Assembly (NCBI GenBank): GCA_048886185.1
Contig: JBHLKY010000033.1
Location: forward strand, 1,621 to 33,620
Length of the DNA stretch: 32,000 nt
Origin: Candidatus Hermodarchaeota archaeon
Lineage (GTDB): Archaea > Asgardarchaeota > Heimdallarchaeia > Hodarchaeales > Hodarchaeaceae
Direction of reading: 5' to 3'
The notes under the pieces are model-generated. The model was not told the origin of the DNA. It saw nothing but the letters and a program-made list of their open reading frames with translations, and did not search any database. Shown in pieces: positions 26,283-32,000 of the stretch; the stretch's first letter is position 1; each line of letters opens with the position of its first letter. The translations under genes were made by a program, and so were the position numbers.

Positions 26283-27569
26283 ATTACAAAAAAGGAAGAT
26301 CAGTTTATAGCAGGAGGAGGATTGGGTGGGTTACTCTCCGCAGCATTATTGGCTCAGCAGGGAATAAAAAGTTATTTGGTGGAAAAACTCTCTTTTTTTG
26401 GAGGAAGGTTCACCTCAATCAAACATAATGGTTTTGAAATTCCAACTGGAGCTGTTCATATGATCCCCCATTCTAATAGTGGGCCATTAGGGCAGATACT
26501 TAAGCAGGATTTGAGACTACCACTAGAAATTATTGAAAATAAGGATTTTACTGCTTGGTTTTGGCTAAACCAGCAACCAAGATTACATAGAAATTTCTGG
26601 GGTATTTTAAAGGCATTTCCAAGAATGAATCAGCGCATATTTATTTTGCGGAAGTTACTTCCTACAGTTCGTCATTCTGATCGGCATACTGAGTCGTTTC
26701 AGGAGTTTCTGGAAGTTCATACAGAAGACCCCCAAATTTTTCAGTTTTTTAATGCTCTGACTGGATTTGCTTTGAGTTTAGACATTTCCCAAGTGTCTAC
26801 AGCAGCTATGTTCCGTTTTTTTAGGAGATTACATCAGAATAGTCGTCCAGGGGTGCCCATTGGTGGTTGTAGGTCTGTTGTAGCAGCACTTACAGAGAAA
26901 GCTAGAAGAAATGGCTCAACTCTACAAAAGAACTGTGAGTTAATAAAGTTAGAAATGGATGGATCACTTATTGAATCAGCTGTTTGTGTTGATCGAAAGA
27001 CAAATGAAGAGTTTAGTGTGCAAGCAGATAATTTTATACTTAATCTTGGGTGTTCACAAGTGAATGATGTGTTAATAAACAGTCATTTACCTTTTCGTTT
27101 ACCTATTATTTCAAGTTCGAGAGGTGGAGGCTTTATTTATCGTTCAAAAGAAACTATTCTAAGAACTTCCGTAGTGGCACAGTTTCCTGAAAATGAATAT
27201 GTAAAAGGAGCGGTAGAGCCGACAATATCGTCACCCAATCTTGCACCTAAAGATGAACACTTATTATGTACTCACCAAGTGTTTCATTCATCTAATATAA
27301 TTCGTGATACCCGTTGTGCACGGAACGAGCTACTAGAGACCTTCCCCCAGTTAAAAGAAGAGGATGAACTATGTGTCCATACGTTTCATAAAGATTGGCC
27401 AGTCAATAATGCACAACAGGGAAAAGATTTATCAAATTTTTCATTAATAATTCCTAATCTTTTCTTTGTCGGAGACGGATTCAAGGGTAATAATGGTTGG
27501 ATGATGACTGAAGGTGTTGCTTATGGTGTGAAACAAGTAGTAGAAAAAATTCTCACGAAAAATAAGTAA
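26283..27569 (+). CDS. FAD-dependent oxidoreductase, phytoene desaturase-like (COG1233)
   Basis: The Rossmann motif IAGGGLGGLLSAALLAQQG...VEK...GGR begins upstream of the track start (TTG 26322). The frame is open back to 26280, with a probable ATT start at 26283. C-terminal FFVGDG. Confidence 0.85.
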   Translation: MTKKEDQFIAGGGLGGLLSAALLAQQGIKSYLVEKLSFFGGRFTSIKHNGFEIPTGAVHMIPHSNSGPLGQILKQDLRLPLEIIENKDFTAWFWLNQQPRLHRNFWGILKAFPRMNQRIFILRKLLPTVRHSDRHTESFQEFLEVHTEDPQIFQFFNALTGFALSLDISQVSTAAMFRFFRRLHQNSRPGVPIGGCRSVVAALTEKARRNGSTLQKNCELIKLEMDGSLIESAVCVDRKTNEEFSVQADNFILNLGCSQVNDVLINSHLPFRLPIISSSRGGGFIYRSKETILRTSVVAQFPENEYVKGAVEPTISSPNLAPKDEHLLCTHQVFHSSNIIRDTRCARNELLETFPQLKEEDELCVHTFHKDWPVNNAQQGKDLSNFSLIIPNLFFVGDGFKGNNGWMMTEGVAYGVKQVVEKILTKNK

Positions 27570-27745
27570 ATCCCCTCAGATAGGTTTTTGACTTGCTTTA
27601 AGAATTGCAGTTCTAGGTCAAAACATTTAGAATAGGTAATAGTTAAATAGTAAGACATAAGTTAATATAAAATCAACCAAAATAAATTATTTTTATGCTA
27701 AAAAAAAGATCACTCGTACAATTTAAGTCGTATCGGGGTTTGTAA

Positions 27746-28978
27746 ATGAAATTCAAGCACAAGAAGAAACTGTTAATAATGATAATACTTTTTGCTATCA
27801 TTTCAACTAACTCTTCCATAATTCCTTCGAATCAAGGATCGGCCAGTTCCAACCAGATGATTCAAAATATTGCAATAATCTTAGATTCTTCAGAGTTTTA
27901 TGATTCTGATTTTATTGATGATGTTCTAAATGGGTTTGATCAAGTCAATCAAACCTATAATATTAATTATACAGTATTCAGGCTAGCTAATTACACCTCA
28001 CCCCCAATTCCGTTCGAAAAAACAGTCATAAATCGTTATCCCTATAAAGCATTTTACACTATAGATGGTTACCAAACTAACCATACTCAATTGGCAACTG
28101 AGCTAATTAGTACCGAACAATATGACATGATTGTTTTCATGGGTTATGAGCTACGACGTGAAAAGAAGGAATATTTCCTACCTTCCCAATATAATGACAC
28201 AAAATTCCTTTTTTATGATTTATCTGGTGAAATTCCTTCCCATCCTGGGGCCTCATTGGGAGATAATGTTGCAGTAATCAGTTTTAATGAAACTCAGGCT
28301 GGTTTTATTGCAGGAACCTTGGCAGCTGTAACAATATCTCCACAACCTCAAAAAGTTGCTATGATTGGGACTTATAGAAATAGTAGGGATGTATTTGATC
28401 CCAAACCAGACCCCCGCTCAGGACAACTTATGTTAGGATTTCAAAGTGGTTTTTTACGAAAGAATGCTGATGTGACATTTCTAATATCCTATATAGATTA
28501 TTATTGGGGAAGCTGGACAAGTTACACGAAAGCCAAAGCATTAGCACAGGATTTAGATGACCAGGGTTATGAATTGATATTCTCTGCTTTACAAAATAAC
28601 AATACATTGGGAATCATTGATGGATTTACGAAGTCTGTTGTAGCTGTTGATTCAAATCTCGTGCAAAGAGTTGCTAAAAATAATACTAAGGTCATTATGG
28701 CTATGTTTGAAGCTTTTAATAAAAGTCAGAATGGCTTTCTCCCTGGAGTATTTAGTTTCGATTTAGCAGATAACGTCTTTTATCCTAATGGGTGGGATGA
28801 TAGTGAGTTGGTGAACCAAGCTATGGGGGAAATTTATACCGATGTGGTAATAAATAAAATTCCAATAGGTACTGAAATAAAACACGCTGAGAATACCCCA
28901 GGTTTCAGTATTATAGCTATTTTTGGATTAATATTATCCATACCAATTTCTAGACGACTTATTCGAAATAAAAGCTGA
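27746..28978 (+). CDS. BMP (basic membrane protein)-family substrate-binding protein with PGF-like C-terminal anchor
   Basis: D..F....LNG, FNETQAGFIAGTLAA, F..GF..G, A..L...G..LIF, V.AVDS pattern of the Bmp/PnrA family. Signal peptide has no lipobox Cys; ends TPGFSIIAIFGLILSIPISRRLIRNKS. Confidence 0.8.
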   Translation: MKFKHKKKLLIMIILFAIISTNSSIIPSNQGSASSNQMIQNIAIILDSSEFYDSDFIDDVLNGFDQVNQTYNINYTVFRLANYTSPPIPFEKTVINRYPYKAFYTIDGYQTNHTQLATELISTEQYDMIVFMGYELRREKKEYFLPSQYNDTKFLFYDLSGEIPSHPGASLGDNVAVISFNETQAGFIAGTLAAVTISPQPQKVAMIGTYRNSRDVFDPKPDPRSGQLMLGFQSGFLRKNADVTFLISYIDYYWGSWTSYTKAKALAQDLDDQGYELIFSALQNNNTLGIIDGFTKSVVAVDSNLVQRVAKNNTKVIMAMFEAFNKSQNGFLPGVFSFDLADNVFYPNGWDDSELVNQAMGEIYTDVVINKIPIGTEIKHAENTPGFSIIAIFGLILSIPISRRLIRNKS

Positions 28979-29024
28979 ATATTAGGTTTCAGTAATAACC
29001 CTCTCTCCAAAGCTGTTTGATATT

Positions 29025-29843
29025 ATGAACCTCACTGACGATGCTAAGACCCAAGATAAAATCTGTGTCATTGGGGGGTCAGGTTTCTATGATTTCTTGG
29101 AGGAACCATTAGAAATCTCTGTAATGACTCCTTTCGATTCTAGGGCAATTACAATATATCATCAAGAACGTGATGGGAAAAATCTGTATTTTTTACCACG
29201 TCACGGGGGCAAGCATTCCATTCCACCCCATAAAATCAATTTTAAGGCCAATCTTTTTGCTCTTCATTTGCTATCAATTCCCAGAGTGATCGCGACAAGT
29301 GCTGTTGGGAGTTTAAGAGACTCTATAAACCCAGGAGATTACGTAATACTTGATCAATTCATCGACTTTGTACGTCCATTAACTTTTTTTGATGGAGATT
29401 TCAGTATCGAATTTCCTCAAGGAATCAAAAAATCGGGGGTGGTACATTTAGATATGACAGATCCCTACTGTTTAGAGATGCGCAAGATTCTTTCAAGAAT
29501 TCTAGAAGATGACCCAAAAACCCATTTTCAAGGAACATATGCAACAACAATGGGCCCTCGTTTTGAAACTCCAGCTGAGATCAAAGCTTTACAACAAATG
29601 GGTGCTGATGTTGTTGGTATGACAAATTCTTCAGAAGCGATTCTGTGTCGTGAACTTGGTATATGTTACAGTGTCATTGCAGTAGTAACAAATAAGGCAG
29701 CTGGTCTTCAGAAGCAGCTTAGCCATAATGAGGTTCTAGATATCTTTAATTCTCGTTCTACTCATCTTAAACAAGTTTTCCATGAAGTATTCTCCCAGAT
29801 ACCAAAGCAAAAGAATTGTTCTTGCGCATGGTACAACCAGTAA
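29025..29843 (+). CDS. mtnP: MTAP/PNP-family nucleoside phosphorylase, probably 6-oxopurine (methylthioinosine/inosine) specific
   Basis: IGGSGFY, LPRHG..H..PPH.IN..AN, LDQFID, GPRFETPAE, GADVVGMT, VVTNKAAG. Confidence 0.85.
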   Translation: MNLTDDAKTQDKICVIGGSGFYDFLEEPLEISVMTPFDSRAITIYHQERDGKNLYFLPRHGGKHSIPPHKINFKANLFALHLLSIPRVIATSAVGSLRDSINPGDYVILDQFIDFVRPLTFFDGDFSIEFPQGIKKSGVVHLDMTDPYCLEMRKILSRILEDDPKTHFQGTYATTMGPRFETPAEIKALQQMGADVVGMTNSSEAILCRELGICYSVIAVVTNKAAGLQKQLSHNEVLDIFNSRSTHLKQVFHEVFSQIPKQKNCSCAWYNQ

Positions 29844-29985
29844 TGAAGAGAAGGAATTAATGTCATTTATAAAAATAACAGTAGGAAAAACTTGATTTTA
29901 CGAGAAGAAGCAGAGTTTGGTTCAATATTTTATTGTGACTAACTCCATCTAAGATAAAATGATGGTTGCCATGAGTATGAGAATC

Positions 29986-30597
29986 TTAACTATTTATTTG
30001 AGATTCTCTCCACTTTTTATAATTCCTAAGACAACTTGTACAGCAAAAGTAATGGCGAATATCTTCAATTTTTTCTGTTTCGTAACTATCACTTATTTGT
30101 TTTCCACAATATTCGCAATTGATATTAAGAAGCTGACTTTGTTCAGGAATACGGTGGGGATTGGAGAAAACCTCTTTTAGGAGAATATTTATCTTCGCAC
30201 CTTCAATACAGGAGAAGGATTTGATTTTTTCAAACAGGATTTGATGCATGTTTAGAGGTTGGTTTTGCGTTATAATTAACATATTGAATTCATCTAATAC
30301 TTCAAATACTTCTCTTACTTCGTTAATTGTATTTAGAAAATTGATGAACTCTTTTATCATTTCTTTTTTGACTTTAAGGTGTATTAACGCAGCACTTTCG
30401 TTTGTTAATGAATGAGGGTTCAAATAAATACCAATATGATGAATTACCCCAATTTTCATGAGCTTTTCAATTCGTGATTTCACTGTAGGGACTGTGAGAT
30501 TAAGCTCATCAGCAATTTCTGAATATGTTGATCGGCCATTTTCATTTAAACGATTGAGTATTGTTAAATCGGTATTATCCAACTCAATTTTTTGCAT
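29986..30597 (-). CDS. copR: Lrp/AsnC-family regulator with C-terminal TRASH domain (archaeal copper regulator CopR/CopT-like)
   Basis: N-terminal Lrp HTH (LDNTDLTILNRL..NGRSTYSEIA), AsnC-type middle domain, TRASH CEYCGK...YFCCTSC. Divergent from a copper-ATPase-like gene. Confidence 0.85.
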   Translation of the reverse strand: MQKIELDNTDLTILNRLNENGRSTYSEIADELNLTVPTVKSRIEKLMKIGVIHHIGIYLNPHSLTNESAALIHLKVKKEMIKEFINFLNTINEVREVFEVLDEFNMLIITQNQPLNMHQILFEKIKSFSCIEGAKINILLKEVFSNPHRIPEQSQLLNINCEYCGKQISDSYETEKIEDIRHYFCCTSCLRNYKKWRESQINS

Positions 30598-30962
30598 TAA
30601 ACCACATTCACTATAGCTTTGTAATAATATCTAGATGAAAGATTTTAAAATTTTAAGTTACTTTAAAGTGAACCAGATTCGGCCTCTCTAGCTACAATAG
30701 AGAAGAGTGTTTTCAACACCACTCTACGAATTAATTCACATAATACTTATTATATTGAGTTTTTTATTTTTGTTAACTAATACCTAGCTTGAATGGATAT
30801 CTGTTTTTCTTGTTTCAACTTTTCGATCCTTTAATTTTTAAGTACATAGATCCTTAAGAAAAAGTGAAACATACTTATTCAGAATGAAATGTCTGTTAAA
30901 GCTTAGGATAGTAAAACAACTAGTGTTACTAATTGAACTTTGCGGAAAAATCGAAGTAAAAA

Positions 30963-30983
30963 TGATAAAATGAAGTTTTATCA
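30963..30983. promoter_or_regulatory. 8-5-8 inverted repeat, candidate CopR operator
   Basis: TGATAAAA-TGAAG-TTTTATCA, ending 20 nt upstream of the ATG at 31004 in the divergent copR/cop intergenic region. Confidence 0.5.
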
Positions 30984-31003
30984 ATAATGTGAGGTTAGAG
31001 AAA

Positions 31004-31189
31004 ATGACTGAGAAATTAAAATGTCAAGTCTGCGATTATACTGAACCAATCCCAATGCATTGCAAACAACCAATGCATATTGAGAAGATTGATGGAAAAG
31101 AGACACTTGTGTGTTGGATGGGGACCTCCTGTGGCGTAAAAGATCTTCCTTCGCACCATAACAAACCAATGCAAATAGAAACCATATAG
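31004..31189 (+). CDS. Small Cys/His/Met-rich metal-binding protein, putative copper chaperone
   Basis: 61 aa from ATG 31004: CQVC...PMHCKQPMH...CWMGTSC...PSHHNKPM. Nearly duplicated at the start of the next gene. Confidence 0.85.
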   Translation: MTEKLKCQVCDYTEPIPMHCKQPMHIEKIDGKETLVCWMGTSCGVKDLPSHHNKPMQIETI

Positions 31190-31386
31190 TAATGTATATT
31201 ATAGGTGATCAAATGGCTGAAAAATTTAAATGTCAAATCTGCGATTATACTGAACCAATTCCAATGCATTGTAGACAACCAATGCATGTGGAAACTATTG
31301 AAGGTAAAGAGCAATTAGTATGCTGGATGGGACCGGAATGTGGAGTACAAGATATTCCAACTCACCATAAGAAACCAATGCAAATA
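31004..31386 (+). repeat. Tandem duplication of a ~175-nt coding unit (31004-31177 vs 31213-31386)
   Basis: The first 75 nt of each copy match at 68 positions; the proteins are identical at 44 of the first 58 residues (counted by hand). Confidence 0.95.
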
Positions 31387-32000
31387 ATCGATGATGCAAG
31401 ATTACCTGCCCAGGAGAAAGCTATTCAGGAAACTGACTCTTTTCGTCCTACAACAACACCTAATGGAGAGGGAAAGCTTTTGAAAACTCCAATACCATCC
31501 GTCCAAGAACTTCAATTTGCGAATTTAGGAATCACTGGGATGACATGTGCATCATGCGTCTCTACAGTTGAAAAGGGATTACTAAAAGTAGAGGGTGTTC
31601 ATGATGTTTCACTCAATTTGGTGACCGAAAAAGCCCAGGTTAAATATGATCCTCAAAAAACTGATGTGAATTCATTAATCAAAGCAGTTGAGAATGTGGG
31701 TTATGGTGCAAAGGATATTAGTCCTTCTACCCAAACAGAGCTAAAAACAATTAATCTAGCAATCACTGGTATGACTTGTGCAAGTTGTGTTAATACGATT
31801 GAAACCCAACTAAACAAACAATCTGGAATAGTCGAAACTAGTGTTAATCTAGCTACAGAGAGGGCTCGAATAACCTTCGATCCTAGTTCTATTACAGAAA
31901 GTCAGATAATAAACGCTATTGACAATGTGGGTTATGGTGCAAAGAAAATATCTTCTTATAGAGTAAGTTCTGAAGATAAAGAAAGTCTTGAAAGAGCTAA
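31213..32000 (+). CDS. copA: Probable Cu(I)-translocating P1B-ATPase, N-terminal part (runs off the window; absent from the ORF track)
   Basis: Own translation from ATG 31213 (AGGTGAT RBS) is open to the window end: MAEKFKCQICDY..., then two HMA domains with GMTCASC at 31537 and 31768. The ATPase core lies outside the window, so the copA call is inferred. Confidence 0.78.
   Translation, partial: MAEKFKCQICDYTEPIPMHCRQPMHVETIEGKEQLVCWMGPECGVQDIPTHHKKPMQIIDDARLPAQEKAIQETDSFRPTTTPNGEGKLLKTPIPSVQELQFANLGITGMTCASCVSTVEKGLLKVEGVHDVSLNLVTEKAQVKYDPQKTDVNSLIKAVENVGYGAKDISPSTQTELKTINLAITGMTCASCVNTIETQLNKQSGIVETSVNLATERARITFDPSSITESQIINAIDNVGYGAKKISSYRVSSEDKESLERA

Noticed and set aside
26240-26428. 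Short ORF overlapping the ferredoxin/oxidoreductase junction
   Set aside because: Out-of-frame overlap with two well-supported genes; kept only as a possible frameshift entry point.
29959-31314. ORFs 29959-30180, 30981-31169 and 31036-31314
   Set aside because: Antisense to copR, the chaperone or copA.
31004-31386. CRISPR-like or non-coding repeat
   Set aside because: Only two copies, both coding, with differences mostly synonymous or conservative.
1-32000. Inferring MTase target sites from motif avoidance
   Set aside because: GATC and CCWGG occur repeatedly by eye; a proper k-mer depletion test needs computation on the whole genome.

Overview
AT-rich, gene-dense archaeal window with no rRNA, tRNA, CRISPR array or recognisable mobile element. 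Archaeal-type GGTGA/GGAGG ribosome-binding sites, PGF-like C-terminal anchors, a PPi-type phosphofructokinase and a longin-like ORF suggest an Asgard (Heimdallarchaeia-like) genome; this is inference. Contents in order: (i) a minus-strand SDR-gcvPA-gcvPB-ATP-NAD-kinase operon; (ii) a nucleic-acid-modification-rich stretch (5118-15158) with an m4C-type MTase, two divergently oriented TGT/DpdA-like TIM-barrel paralogues, a DUF362 protein, a DUF6884-like protein, an MFS transporter and a two-domain beta-class MTase whose N-terminal copy is degenerate; (iii) yjbQ, a longin-like ORF, an HTH regulator, hflX and an S8 protease; (iv) a PPi-PFK gene followed by two tandem gamma-class m6A MTases; (v) a ferredoxin, an FAD oxidoreductase with a probable ATT start, a BMP-family binding protein and an MTAP-family phosphorylase; (vi) a copper locus with an Lrp-TRASH regulator, a small Cys/His/Met protein, and a probable CopA (missed by the ORF track) that begins with a 76%-identical copy of that small protein. 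The best candidate for an undescribed system is the paired TGT-like / DUF6884 / DUF362 / MFS / MTase cluster. All family assignments come from motif recognition by eye; no searches were run.
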